The notes beneath the pieces were generated by a model. The model ran no database searches, was not told the DNA's origin, and was given only the letters and a program-made list of their open reading frames with translations. Below are positions 20,641 to 30,412 of a stretch of 64,000 nt of DNA, in pieces (position 1 is the stretch's first letter; each line of letters starts with the position of its first letter). This stretch comes from Longimicrobiales bacterium (GTDB lineage Bacteria; Gemmatimonadota; Gemmatimonadetes; Longimicrobiales; Gaopeijiaceae), in NCBI GenBank assembly GCA_965116905.1, contig OZ220732.1, forward strand, positions 2,752,001 through 2,816,000, written 5' to 3'. The position numbers and the translations under genes were made by a program.

Positions 20641-22845
20641 TCAGGGCTCGCGGCCAGGAATGATGGATTGATCGGGGCGATCGCACGGCTGCACCGGCTC
20701 CGTCCCGGGGAGATACAGCTCGTCGTAGGCGTCGTCCGAGGGACACCACCGGGACGCCAGCAGCCCCGTCCGGCTGTCGACCCTGCGGGTGATCAGCGCT
20801 GTGGGTATGGGCCAGGGCTCGGGAACGGGCAGGAGCGGCACGGCGTCGCCGGCCAGGGCCTGCTCGTCGGCCGCCGGCCCGTCGGCGTAGTACACGCGCC
20901 TCATGAACTCGCCCCAGACGGGAGAGGCGAGCCCGCCGCCGGTGGCACGGGGAACGATCGGGACGGGTTGGTCCATCCCGAACCAGACCGCGGCGGCCAG
21001 TGTCGGGGTGAAGCCCAGGAACCAGACGTTCCTGCCTTCGTTGGTCGTGCCGGTCTTGCCGGCCGCGGGCACGGCCGTCGGCAGTCCCGCCACCTGGCGG
21101 ATCCCGAGGTTCCCGGTTCCCTGCGCCACGACCTCTTCCAGCATGGACACGGCGAGGCGGGCCACCAGCGGATCCAGAACCCGGGTACGTTCGGGCCGGG
21201 GTTCCCATAGCACCTCGCCATCGGCGCTTTCCACCCTCAGGATCGGGAACGCGCGAACCCTCTCCCCCAGCGTCGCGAACGCCGAATAGGCCTCCAGCAT
21301 CTGGATGGGGATCACCTCGGCGGCACCGATCGCACTCGACGGATACCGTTCAACCTCCGTTCGGATCCCCAGGCGGCGGGCCATCTGGCCGACGCTCTCG
21401 AGTCCCACCTGCATGCCGACCTTGATGGCGACCATGTTGATCGACTTGCTCATGGCCTCGCGCATGGTGATCGACCCGAGGAACTCCGGCTCGTAGTTGC
21501 TGGGCGCCCACGTCGTGCCGTCCACCTGGTCAATGATGACCGGGCTGTCGGTGAAGACCTCCGAGGCCGCGATGCCGCTCTCGAGCGCCGCGGTATAGAC
21601 GAACGGCTTGAAAGACGACCCTGCCTGCCGCCTCGCCTGGATCGCCCGGTTGAACTTGGAATGCACGAAGTCCCGCCCACCGATCATCGCTCGGACATGA
21701 CCCGTGGCGGGGTCGGCGGCGATGAACATTCCCTGCACGTAGGGAATCTCGGGGACATCCGCCCCCTCGGTCTGGTCGGCGAATCCCCGATACGTCATGT
21801 GGCGGAACCCCGGCCGCTGCTCGATCCTTTCCCAGCCGTTCTCCATGGCGGCTCGGGCCGCCTCCTGCATTTCCAGATCGAGGGTCGTGTAGATTCTCAG
21901 CCCACCCGTATAGAGTTTGCCTCCGAACCGGTCGGCGAGGATGCCACGGACCCACTCCACGAAGTACGGAGCCTGCACCTGCACGCTGCGGGCCCTCTCG
22001 GTGGGGAGTGGCTCGGCCTTCCAGCGCTCGGTTTCCTCGGCGGTGAGATAGCCCTCGCGCTCCATCAGGTCGAGCACGAGGTTGCGGCGTCGCTGCCCGG
22101 CGTCGGGGTTGTTGAAGGGACTGTAGACCTCCGGCAGATTGGCAATCGCCGCCAGCAGGGCGGCTTCCGCCGGGTTCATGTCGATGGCGTTCTTCCCAAA
22201 GTAGTTTCGCGATGCCGTCTGAAGTCCGTACCAGCCATGAGCATACCCGATTTGGTTCATGTATGCCTCGATGATCTGGTCCTTGGTGTACGCCTCCTCC
22301 AAATCGAGCGCGACCTGCCACTCCTTGAGCTTGCGCAACACCCTCTTTTCGAAGCCGATGCGATCCGTGAACATGTGCCGCGCCAGCTGTTGCGTGATCG
22401 TGCTGCCGCCGGCGCCGGACAGCGACAGGGTCCTTATCGCCTCCAGACCCGCCCGGGCGATCCCCCGCCAGTCCAGTCCGCCGTGCGAGTAGAACCGCCG
22501 ATCCTCGATCGCGATGAACGCCTGGGGCACGTGCGCCGGGAGACTGGCCAGCGCGACGGGAGTGCGCCGCTGCACGCCGATTTCGCTCACCAGCGTGGAA
22601 TCGCGCGCGAAGACCTTGGACGTCTGCTGCGGTTCGTAGGTGTAGATCTGAGCGATCGAGGGACAGTCGGCGCACAGGTTCCGCCAGCTGCCCGCGGCGA
22701 GACCAAGACCACCGGTGCAGAGAAACAGGCCCAGGAACCAAACGATACGAGGTATGCGCCGAATCCTTCGCAAGATTCCCCGAAACACGCTTGCTGCTCC
22801 TCCCGACCATGAGGTCACGCCTCGCCCGCTCCAATTTATCACCAT
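20641..22845 (-). CDS. class A penicillin-binding protein (PBP1A family)
   Basis: TM anchor; EDRRFYSH, GGSTITQQL, RKLKE, RRNLVL; QAGSSFKPF, SIN, GKTGT; start uncertain. Confidence 0.93.
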   Translation of the reverse strand: MVINWSGRGVTSWSGGAASVFRGILRRIRRIPRIVWFLGLFLCTGGLGLAAGSWRNLCADCPSIAQIYTYEPQQTSKVFARDSTLVSEIGVQRRTPVALASLPAHVPQAFIAIEDRRFYSHGGLDWRGIARAGLEAIRTLSLSGAGGSTITQQLARHMFTDRIGFEKRVLRKLKEWQVALDLEEAYTKDQIIEAYMNQIGYAHGWYGLQTASRNYFGKNAIDMNPAEAALLAAIANLPEVYSPFNNPDAGQRRRNLVLDLMEREGYLTAEETERWKAEPLPTERARSVQVQAPYFVEWVRGILADRFGGKLYTGGLRIYTTLDLEMQEAARAAMENGWERIEQRPGFRHMTYRGFADQTEGADVPEIPYVQGMFIAADPATGHVRAMIGGRDFVHSKFNRAIQARRQAGSSFKPFVYTAALESGIAASEVFTDSPVIIDQVDGTTWAPSNYEPEFLGSITMREAMSKSINMVAIKVGMQVGLESVGQMARRLGIRTEVERYPSSAIGAAEVIPIQMLEAYSAFATLGERVRAFPILRVESADGEVLWEPRPERTRVLDPLVARLAVSMLEEVVAQGTGNLGIRQVAGLPTAVPAAGKTGTTNEGRNVWFLGFTPTLAAAVWFGMDQPVPIVPRATGGGLASPVWGEFMRRVYYADGPAADEQALAGDAVPLLPVPEPWPIPTALITRRVDSRTGLLASRWCPSDDAYDELYLPGTEPVQPCDRPDQSIIPGREP

Positions 22846-22963
22846 TTGGATCGTGACGGATCGCCTGGAGTTGCATCGCTGTCCCCTGGCCGTGCAGCGA
22901 TCCGTGAACCGCACGCCGGGCCCGTGGGCGGGTTGACCGGGCGCTGGCCGACGATGATGCTTC

Positions 22964-24109
22964 TTGGTGAAGCCATCCGCGGTGATCAGGCAATTGGAGC
23001 GGTCACTGGTAAAGCACAGCGAAGTGTCCGTTCGTTCCGCATTCGGCGGTTACCGGGTGTGCGTTGGCGACGGAGTGCGCCGGCTCCTCGAAGCGGCGGT
23101 GGCCGACGCGGCCCCATCGGGTCGCTGCGCGCTGATCACCGACGACACCGTCAGGGGGCTTTGGGGCCGGGAGGTGCACGTGCACCTGGCTTCGGCCGGC
23201 ATCGACGTCGTGGAGCTGTCCTTCCCGGCCGGAGAAGCCCACAAGACCCGAGAGACATGGGCGGCGCTCACCGACTCGTTACTCGAGGCTCGCCTGGGGC
23301 GGGACAGCTGTATCGTTTCGCTCGGAGGCGGTGTGGTCGGCGACGTCGCGGGCTTCGTGGCCGCCACGTATCTGCGCGGAGTCCCGTTCATCCAGGTCCC
23401 GACCACGACGCTGGCCATGATCGATGCCTCCGTCGGGGGCAAGACCGGTGTGGACCACCCGCTGGGGAAAAACCTGGTGGGGGCGTTCCACGCGCCCGAG
23501 ACGGTCCTTGCCGATCCCGGATTTCTGAGTACGCTCGGACGTCGTGCGAAGGCGGAGGGGTTTGCGGAGGCCGTCAAGCACGGCGTCATCGTGGACGCCG
23601 GCTACGGACAGTGGCTGGCGAGCCGGGCCGGGCCGCTGCTCGATGGCCAGGGCGAGGACGTGGAGCGCGCGGTGGTCCGCTCGGTGGAGATCAAGGCCGG
23701 GGTTGTGTCGGCCGACGAATTTGAGGCCGGCCGACGCCAGATCCTCAACTTCGGCCATACCGTGGGGCACGCCCTCGAGGCCGAGTCGGGCTATCGGCTG
23801 TCACATGGCGAGGCGGTGGCCGTAGGGATGGTGGTGGAAGCACGCATCGGAGAGGAGTTGACCATCACGGCGGGTGGCACGGCGGAACGGATACGGCATC
23901 TGGTGCGGGCGTTCGGACTGCCCGATACGCACGGGGGCCTCGCGTGGCCACGGAGGCTTGCCGAGCGGATGACGAGGGACAAGAAGACCCGGTCGGGTGT
24001 CGTTCACCTGGTCCGTCTCGAGGAAATCGGCCGGACGGGAGAAGCGGGCGATGTCACCTTCCCGGTCGCGGTTGATGAGCTGGTACGGATCATGGAGCAA
24101 TGGCGATGA
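22964..24109 (+). CDS. aroB: 3-dehydroquinate synthase
   Basis: GEAHKT, GGGVVGDVAGF, QVPTTTLAMIDASVGGKTG, KNLVGAFH, LNFGHTVGHALE, HGEAV; start uncertain. Confidence 0.93.
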   Translation: MVKPSAVIRQLERSLVKHSEVSVRSAFGGYRVCVGDGVRRLLEAAVADAAPSGRCALITDDTVRGLWGREVHVHLASAGIDVVELSFPAGEAHKTRETWAALTDSLLEARLGRDSCIVSLGGGVVGDVAGFVAATYLRGVPFIQVPTTTLAMIDASVGGKTGVDHPLGKNLVGAFHAPETVLADPGFLSTLGRRAKAEGFAEAVKHGVIVDAGYGQWLASRAGPLLDGQGEDVERAVVRSVEIKAGVVSADEFEAGRRQILNFGHTVGHALEAESGYRLSHGEAVAVGMVVEARIGEELTITAGGTAERIRHLVRAFGLPDTHGGLAWPRRLAERMTRDKKTRSGVVHLVRLEEIGRTGEAGDVTFPVAVDELVRIMEQWR

Positions 24110-24208
24110 GACACGGATCCGCGCCCGCGCGGGCGCATTTGACCGGGCCGCCGTCTGCGGCGAGCGTTTACGGTCCGCACTGTCGCGGCACTGGCGAGTG
24201 GAGGATCC

Positions 24209-25837
24209 ATGACCCTGCCTGAGGGATCGCCGCACCTCACGGTCTCCTCGGTCCTGTCCCGGCGCGCGGCCGAGGCCCCGGAATCGCCGTTCCTGCATTC
24301 CGGTCAAGCGACGTTGTCGTATCGCGAGGTCGAGGCTCAGGCGCTGTCTCTGGCCGCCTCGTTGAAGAACCTGGGCGTCGGCGGTGGCGACCGCGTGGCG
24401 TTGTTGCTGCCGGCGTGGCCCGAGTTCGCCGTCGCGGTCTTTGCCGCCGCGAAGCTCGGGGCGCGAATCGTCCCGCTGGACCCGAGGCTGAAGCTGCCCG
24501 ACCTCCGGTACATGCTGCGGCATTCCGGCGCGGTGTGTGCGGTTTCGGCCGAGGATGCGTACGGGATCGACTACCTGCAGCTCTTTGAGGACTTGCTGAA
24601 CGATCTGCCGAGGCTCCGCCATCTGGTCACGGTGGGCGAGGAAGATCTGTGGTACGACGACCGGATCTTCCAGTGGGAGGATCTGGTGTCGCCGGGGCGG
24701 GGTCGTGACTTCGAGGATCGGGAAGCCGACCCTGAGGCGCCCTTCGCCATTGTGTACACGTTCGGAACGACGGGCAAGCCGAAGGGTGTCGAGCTGTCGC
24801 ACCAAAACCTGCTCTACGGCGCGGCAGGCACCGCCGCGGCCACCGGGCTGAGTGCCCCTGACGTCGTGGCGGGTGTGAGTGCGCTGCACCATGCCTTCGG
24901 TCTGGGTCCCGGGCTCCTGGGTACCGCCCTCGAGGGAGCCAGCCTCGTGTTGCAGGACAACGCCGATCCGGGCACGACGCTCGCGTTGGCCGAGCGCTAC
25001 CGTGCGACCGTGCTCAGCGGAGTCCCCACGCTCTTCGCCACTGCGCTTCGCGAGACCGGGGACTCCTACCAGCCTCCCGAATCCCTCAGACTTTGCATCG
25101 CCTCGGGCGCGCCCGTGCGTGAACCGCTCGCGCGCCGCGTGGAGGAGTTCTTCGGGGTACCCCTGATCATCGCGTACTCGCTGACCGAAGCGGGGTCCAC
25201 GCTCGCTGTCGGGCGACACCAGGAGGAGGCGGCGAGGCGGTGGTTCACGGTAGGCCGGCCGTTGGAGGGCACGACCGTCCGGGTGACCGAGGACGACGGC
25301 ACCGTGCTTCCCGGCGAGAGCGTCGGGGAGATCCGGGTGAAGGGGCCCGGGGTGATGTGCGGGTACCACCGCCAGCCGCGACAAACGGCGGCGTCGTTCG
25401 ACGGGGAGGGGTTCCTGAAGACGGGTGACCTCGGCATGCTCGACGAGGAAGGGAGCCTGCACCTGATCGGGCGCAGGGAGGACGTGATGATCCGTAGCGG
25501 ATTCAAGGTGTACCCGAAGGAACTTGAAGACCGGTTGATGGCCCATCCCGCCATTGCTGGCGCAGTGGTTGTCGGGGTATCGGACGACATCCTGGGGGAG
25601 GCGATCTGTGCGTGCGTGATCCGCGTCGAGGGCGGTGTGATCTCGGAAAACGAAGTCAGAGAGTGGAGTGCGGCGACGCTCACAGCCTACAAGGTCCCCG
25701 ACTTCGTTAACTTCATGGACGAATTCCCGCGTACCGCTTCCGGCGGCGTATGGCGGCAGGAGTTGACTCGGCGAGTATCCTCCGCACGAACCGGCCGGCC
25801 GGGGGCCAGCGCGAAACCACGCTTGACGACAGAGTGA
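24209..25837 (+). CDS. class I adenylate-forming (acyl-CoA ligase-like) protein with substituted catalytic motifs
   Basis: [39 protein letters not shown]. Confidence 0.85.
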   Translation: MTLPEGSPHLTVSSVLSRRAAEAPESPFLHSGQATLSYREVEAQALSLAASLKNLGVGGGDRVALLLPAWPEFAVAVFAAAKLGARIVPLDPRLKLPDLRYMLRHSGAVCAVSAEDAYGIDYLQLFEDLLNDLPRLRHLVTVGEEDLWYDDRIFQWEDLVSPGRGRDFEDREADPEAPFAIVYTFGTTGKPKGVELSHQNLLYGAAGTAAATGLSAPDVVAGVSALHHAFGLGPGLLGTALEGASLVLQDNADPGTTLALAERYRATVLSGVPTLFATALRETGDSYQPPESLRLCIASGAPVREPLARRVEEFFGVPLIIAYSLTEAGSTLAVGRHQEEAARRWFTVGRPLEGTTVRVTEDDGTVLPGESVGEIRVKGPGVMCGYHRQPRQTAASFDGEGFLKTGDLGMLDEEGSLHLIGRREDVMIRSGFKVYPKELEDRLMAHPAIAGAVVVGVSDDILGEAICACVIRVEGGVISENEVREWSAATLTAYKVPDFVNFMDEFPRTASGGVWRQELTRRVSSARTGRPGASAKPRLTTE

Positions 25838-25839
25838 GG

Positions 25840-27624
25840 ATGCGAAATCCGTACATGAAGACCCCTCATACCGACCCGGGCCGGCACGTTTCCCGGGAGG
25901 CTCTCAATGCAGCGCTGCTCATCGACTTCGACAACGTCACGATGGGCATGCGCAGCGATCTGGCCAAGGAACTGAAGAACCTCCTCGACTCGGACATCAT
26001 CAAGGGCAAGGTGACGGTGCAGCGGGCCTATGCCGACTGGCGCCGGTATCCGCAGTACATCGTCCCCCTTTCGGAAGCCTCGATCGATCTCATCTTTGCG
26101 CCCGCCTACGGCAGTTCGAAGAAGAACGCGACCGACATCCGGATGGCGATCGACGGCATAGAACTGGTTTTCATCCGGCCCGAGATCGGCACATTCATCC
26201 TCCTCACGGGGGACTCCGACTTCTCCAGCCTCGTCCTGAAGCTGAAGGAGTACGGGAAGTACGTGATCGGGATCGGGATCCAGGAATCGAGCTCCGACAT
26301 CCTCGTCCAGAACTGCGACGAATACTACTCGTACACCGCGCTCACGGGCCTCAGCCGCACATCCGAGCACACCACCGGGGCGCCCGACGCCTGGCAGTGC
26401 GTGGAGGAAGCGGTCGCGCAGATGGTCTCCCGTGGCGACGTGATGCGCTCCGATCGCCTCAAGCAGGTCATCATGGAGATGTCGCCCACATTCGACGAGA
26501 GGAACCTGGGCTTCAAGAAATTCTCCAAGTTCCTCGTCGAAGCGGCGAATCGGGGGTTGCTGAACATCGAGCGGGGAGAAAACGGCCAGTACCACATCGC
26601 GCCCCGCAAAGATGCGCCAGCGTCGAAGGGCGCGGTCGCCCCTTCCAGGGACTCCGCGGGCAACGGCGAGGATCAGCGCAAGCGCACGAGGCGGTCGTCG
26701 CCGGCGCGACGGCCCGCGGGCCGGGGAGCCCGGGGCACGGATTCGCGCGGAGGGAGTCAGGTAGCCCAGGCGGTGCGGGAGCCGGCGGCAAAGCAGCCCG
26801 GCCGCCCCACGTTGGATCCGGCTCCTTCGCTGGACCTGCTCAGGCGGGCCGTGCTGGAGCTCGGCGGCAAGCAGCAGGGGGGCGTGCGCGACTCCGACGT
26901 GAAGCGTCGAATGCTGGCGATCGACAGGAACTTCTCGGAATCGGCGCACGGCTTCGGCAAATTCAGCAAGTTCCTTCGCTACGCCGAGAAGCAGGGTGCC
27001 GTGAGGCTCGACCGGGCCAGGGATGGAAGCTACTCGATCGCGCTGGTGAAGCCTCGGCAGGAGCCGGCCGCCGCCCCGTTCGACCCCAAGGCACTCGGGC
27101 TGCCCGTAACGGAGGGATCCATCAAGAGCTATCTCGCCAACCGGTACAAGGGCGTGGGGGTCAAGACGGCCGAGCGGCTGGTCGAGGCGTTCGGCAGCGA
27201 TGTCTTCACGGTCCTGCACCGTCAGCCGGACCGTGTAAGGAAGACTGTTCGTGCTCGCGCCAACAGCGTCATGGAGGCCTGGGAGGGCGATTACAAACGG
27301 AGAAGCGCCGCTCTGGAGCGGTCGAAGGCCGCCTCGGGATCCGGACGGTCGGCGAGTCAGGCCGGCACCTCGCCCCCCCGGTCGTCGGGGAGCGCGCCGA
27401 AGCGACCGCAGGACAAGCCGTCCGGCGGTGCGGGCCGGGGGAGTTCGACGGCAGATGGCGGGAAGTCTGCCGCTGGTGGCGCGAAGCCTGCCGCTGGTGG
27501 CGCGAAGCCTGCCGCTGAGGGCGGGAAGTCTGCCGCGGGCGACGGGAAACCGGCACGGTCGGGTCTGATGGGACTGTTCCGTCGCGGTCGCCGTCCCCGT
27601 GAAGGTGCCGGCCAGAAGCGCTGA
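25840..27624 (+). CDS. NYN (LabA/DUF88) nuclease-domain protein with two OST-HTH/LOTUS-like domains and a RecD2-like HhH segment
   Basis: LIDFDN, RAYADW, KNATDIRM, LTGDSDF; FDERNLGFKKFSKFL and FSESAHGFGKFSKFL; KGVGVKTAERLVEAFG; start 25840 or 25855. Confidence 0.85.
   Translation: MRNPYMKTPHTDPGRHVSREALNAALLIDFDNVTMGMRSDLAKELKNLLDSDIIKGKVTVQRAYADWRRYPQYIVPLSEASIDLIFAPAYGSSKKNATDIRMAIDGIELVFIRPEIGTFILLTGDSDFSSLVLKLKEYGKYVIGIGIQESSSDILVQNCDEYYSYTALTGLSRTSEHTTGAPDAWQCVEEAVAQMVSRGDVMRSDRLKQVIMEMSPTFDERNLGFKKFSKFLVEAANRGLLNIERGENGQYHIAPRKDAPASKGAVAPSRDSAGNGEDQRKRTRRSSPARRPAGRGARGTDSRGGSQVAQAVREPAAKQPGRPTLDPAPSLDLLRRAVLELGGKQQGGVRDSDVKRRMLAIDRNFSESAHGFGKFSKFLRYAEKQGAVRLDRARDGSYSIALVKPRQEPAAAPFDPKALGLPVTEGSIKSYLANRYKGVGVKTAERLVEAFGSDVFTVLHRQPDRVRKTVRARANSVMEAWEGDYKRRSAALERSKAASGSGRSASQAGTSPPRSSGSAPKRPQDKPSGGAGRGSSTADGGKSAAGGAKPAAGGAKPAAEGGKSAAGDGKPARSGLMGLFRRGRRPREGAGQKR
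27457..27555 (+). repeat. 21-bp in-frame tandem repeat, ~4.7 units (GGKSAAG/GAKPAAG)
   Basis: ggc(g/c)gaag(t/c)ctgccgct-type units in the low-complexity tail of the NYN protein. Confidence 0.85.
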
Positions 27625-28225
27625 CGCCCGCGCGTCGAGCCACTGTCGGCCGGACTGGGGATACCTGGCCGGCGACACCGTCGCGGCGGCCCGCCGGCTG
27701 CTCGGCTGTACCCTGGTTTCGACCGTGGACGGCCTGGAGGCCAGCGGCCTGATCGTGGAGACCGAGGCCTATCTCGGACTGGATGACCCGGCCTCGCACG
27801 CCCACGCCTCCCGGGGCCGCACGCCGCGAAACGACGCCATGTTCACCGGCCTCGGCACCCTGTACGTGTACATCTCCTACGGGATCCACCACTGCGTGAA
27901 CGTGGTCACCGGAGAGGCGGGCGATCCGGCCGCGGTTCTCGTGCGGGCCCTGGAGCCCGCCAGCGGCCTGGACGCGATGGCCGAACGGCGCGGACGGGCC
28001 GCCGATCTGTGCAATGGACCGGGACGGCTCGCCCAGGCGCTCGGGGTTACGCTGCGGCACAACTACCACGACCTGGCCCGGCCGCCCATCCAGCTCGTGC
28101 GGGGCCCGGCCGTTCCAACCGCCGATGTCGGCAGCTCCGGCCGCATCGGGGTATCCCGGGCCTCCGACTGGCCGCTCAGGTTCTTTGTCCGCGGACACCC
28201 GGCGGTCAAGGCGCCGAGGTGGTAG
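27599..28225 (+). CDS. mpg: DNA-3-methyladenine glycosylase (MPG/AAG family)
   Basis: ARRLLG, IVETEAYLG, DPASH, YVYISYGIHHCVNVV, AVLVRALEP, NGPGRL, RIGVS; start uncertain. Confidence 0.92.
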   Translation: MKVPARSADARASSHCRPDWGYLAGDTVAAARRLLGCTLVSTVDGLEASGLIVETEAYLGLDDPASHAHASRGRTPRNDAMFTGLGTLYVYISYGIHHCVNVVTGEAGDPAAVLVRALEPASGLDAMAERRGRAADLCNGPGRLAQALGVTLRHNYHDLARPPIQLVRGPAVPTADVGSSGRIGVSRASDWPLRFFVRGHPAVKAPRW

Positions 28226-28234
28226 TTTAGGGAC

Positions 28235-29653
28235 ATGAGCGAACCAACCTGGATTACCCTGTTGCCGCCCCTCCTTGCGATCGGCCTGGCGATCGGTACC
28301 CGCCAGGTCTACCTGTCGCTCGCGGGAGGGCTGTGGCTGGCCTGGTCGATCCTCGCCGGCTGGGACTTCGGCACGGGACTGATGGACGCGGTGGCGTCCA
28401 CCGTCGGCGTGTTGGGAGATCCCGGCAACGCGCAGGTGATCATGTTCACGCTCGTGATGGGCGCCCTCATCGCCACGGTGGGATCGTCGGGCGGCGTCGC
28501 CGGGTTCGTGGGCTGGCTCGAACACAAGCGCTGGGTCACCAGCGGCCGCCGGGCGCAACTGCTGGCCTGGGTGATCGGCGTGATCATCTTCATCGAGTCG
28601 AACATTACGGTGCTGGTGGCCGGATCCGTGGCCCGGCCGCTCTTCGACCGCTACCGCAATTCCCGCGAAAAGCTGGCGTACCTGATCGATTCCACCAGCG
28701 CGCCGATCTGCATCCTCATCCCGCTGAACGCGTGGGGGGCGACCAACCTGCGCCTGCTCGCCGAGGCGGGCGTGCCCCAGACCGAGACGCTGTCCGTGTT
28801 CCTGCGGTCGATCCTGTTCAACTTCTACTCGTTCGCCGCCGTGGCCCTCGCGCTGGGGGTGGTGCTCCTCCGGATGGACTGGGGGCCGATGAAGCGGGCG
28901 GAGGCGCGGGCGGCCAAGGGCGAGGTCCTCTGGCCCGGAGCCACCCCGATGATGGATGAGGAGGTGCTCGGGCAGAACGTCGAGCCTCCGATCCGGCCCC
29001 GCGCGCTCAACATGGTGGTACCGATCGTGGTGCTCGTCGCGATGATGCCGGTCGGGCTGTGGATTACCGGCGGCGGGGATCTCGCCGCAGGGAACGGCTC
29101 GACATCGGTGCTGTGGGCCTCGCTGGCCGCGCTGACGGCCGCGTGGATCCTGCTGTTGTTCCAGAAGGCGTATTCGGTCGACGAACTGACGCGCATCGCA
29201 CTGCGCGGAGCCGGCGGCCTGGTGCCGCTCGCGGTGATCCTTCTCCTGGCGCTGGCGCTCGGCAGCGTGACGAGGACGCTGGGCACGGGCGACTACGTTG
29301 CCGCGGTGGTGCAGGGGACCCTGTCGCCCGGCGTCTTCCTCCCGCTGGTCTTCGTGGTCGCGTCCGCGATCGCGTTTTCCATCGGATCGAGCTGGGGAAC
29401 CTTTGCCATCATGATTCCCATCATCGTTCCGGCTGCGGGCGGCCTCGGGCTGGACCTGGCCCCGTTCCTCGCGGCGGCGCTCTCCGGAGGGATCTTCGGC
29501 GATCACTGCTCGCCGATCAGCGACACCACGATCATCTCGTCGATGGCAGCGGCCACGGACCATGTCGACCATGTGCGTACCCAGCTTCCCTATGCGCTCA
29601 CCGGCGGTGCCGTGGCCACGGTGTGCTTTGCGCTCGCGGGGGCGTTTCTGTAG
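28235..29653 (+). CDS. Na+/H+ antiporter NhaC-family transporter
   Basis: Many TM helices; REKLAYLIDSTSAP, GSSWGTFAIMIP, GDHCSPISDTTIISS, HVRTQLPYA. Confidence 0.88.
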   Translation: MSEPTWITLLPPLLAIGLAIGTRQVYLSLAGGLWLAWSILAGWDFGTGLMDAVASTVGVLGDPGNAQVIMFTLVMGALIATVGSSGGVAGFVGWLEHKRWVTSGRRAQLLAWVIGVIIFIESNITVLVAGSVARPLFDRYRNSREKLAYLIDSTSAPICILIPLNAWGATNLRLLAEAGVPQTETLSVFLRSILFNFYSFAAVALALGVVLLRMDWGPMKRAEARAAKGEVLWPGATPMMDEEVLGQNVEPPIRPRALNMVVPIVVLVAMMPVGLWITGGGDLAAGNGSTSVLWASLAALTAAWILLLFQKAYSVDELTRIALRGAGGLVPLAVILLLALALGSVTRTLGTGDYVAAVVQGTLSPGVFLPLVFVVASAIAFSIGSSWGTFAIMIPIIVPAAGGLGLDLAPFLAAALSGGIFGDHCSPISDTTIISSMAAATDHVDHVRTQLPYALTGGAVATVCFALAGAFL

Positions 29654-29662
29654 CGAGGCAGC

Positions 29663-30412
29663 GTGAATATCACCGTCTGCGTCAAGCGGGTTCCCGACAC
29701 GGAGACCCGGATCCGGATCACGGACGAAGGGAAGGACATCGCGCGTGACGGCGTGAAGTACGTGCTCAGTCCATACGACGAATTCGCGGTCGAGGCGGCG
29801 CTGCAGCTGGTCGAGCAGGCCGGTGCCGGCGAGGTCACGCTGCTCAGCTACGGCGATGCGGCCACGACCGAGTCGCTCCGGGCGGGCCTCGCGCTGGGTG
29901 CCCACCGTGCGGTGCTGTTGACGGGAGCTCCCTCGATGGACGGGTGGGCGACCGCACGCGTGCTCGCCTCGGAACTGACGGAAGGCGATGCGGCGCTGGT
30001 GCTCTTCGGGATCAAGGCGGTGGACGACGATCAGCAGCAGGTGGGTCCCATGGTGGCGGAGCTGTTGAAGCGGCCTTGCGCGACCTCGGTTGCGGCGATC
30101 GACGTTGCCGACGGAGTGGCGACCTGCCGCCGGGCGGTAGAGGGGGGGCAGGAAGTCGTCGAGATGGACCTCCCCGCCGTGGCCACGATCACCAAGGGCC
30201 GCTACGAGCCGCGGTATGCGTCCCTGCGCGGGATCATGATGGCGAAGCGCAAGCCGCTTACGGAAAAGGCGGCTCCGGCCGTGGAATCGGGACTTTCGGT
30301 CGAGGCGCTGAGCTATCCGCCCCAGAGGCCGGAAGGACGAATCGTGGGTGAGGGCCCCCAGGCCGCCGCCGAGCTGGTGCGGCTCCTGCGGGAGGAGGCC
30401 GGAGTACTCTGA
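29663..30412 (+). CDS. etfB: electron transfer flavoprotein beta subunit
   Basis: VCVKRVPD, PYDEFAVE, QVGPMVAE, PRYASLRGIMMAKRKP. Confidence 0.95.
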   Translation: MNITVCVKRVPDTETRIRITDEGKDIARDGVKYVLSPYDEFAVEAALQLVEQAGAGEVTLLSYGDAATTESLRAGLALGAHRAVLLTGAPSMDGWATARVLASELTEGDAALVLFGIKAVDDDQQQVGPMVAELLKRPCATSVAAIDVADGVATCRRAVEGGQEVVEMDLPAVATITKGRYEPRYASLRGIMMAKRKPLTEKAAPAVESGLSVEALSYPPQRPEGRIVGEGPQAAAELVRLLREEAGVL

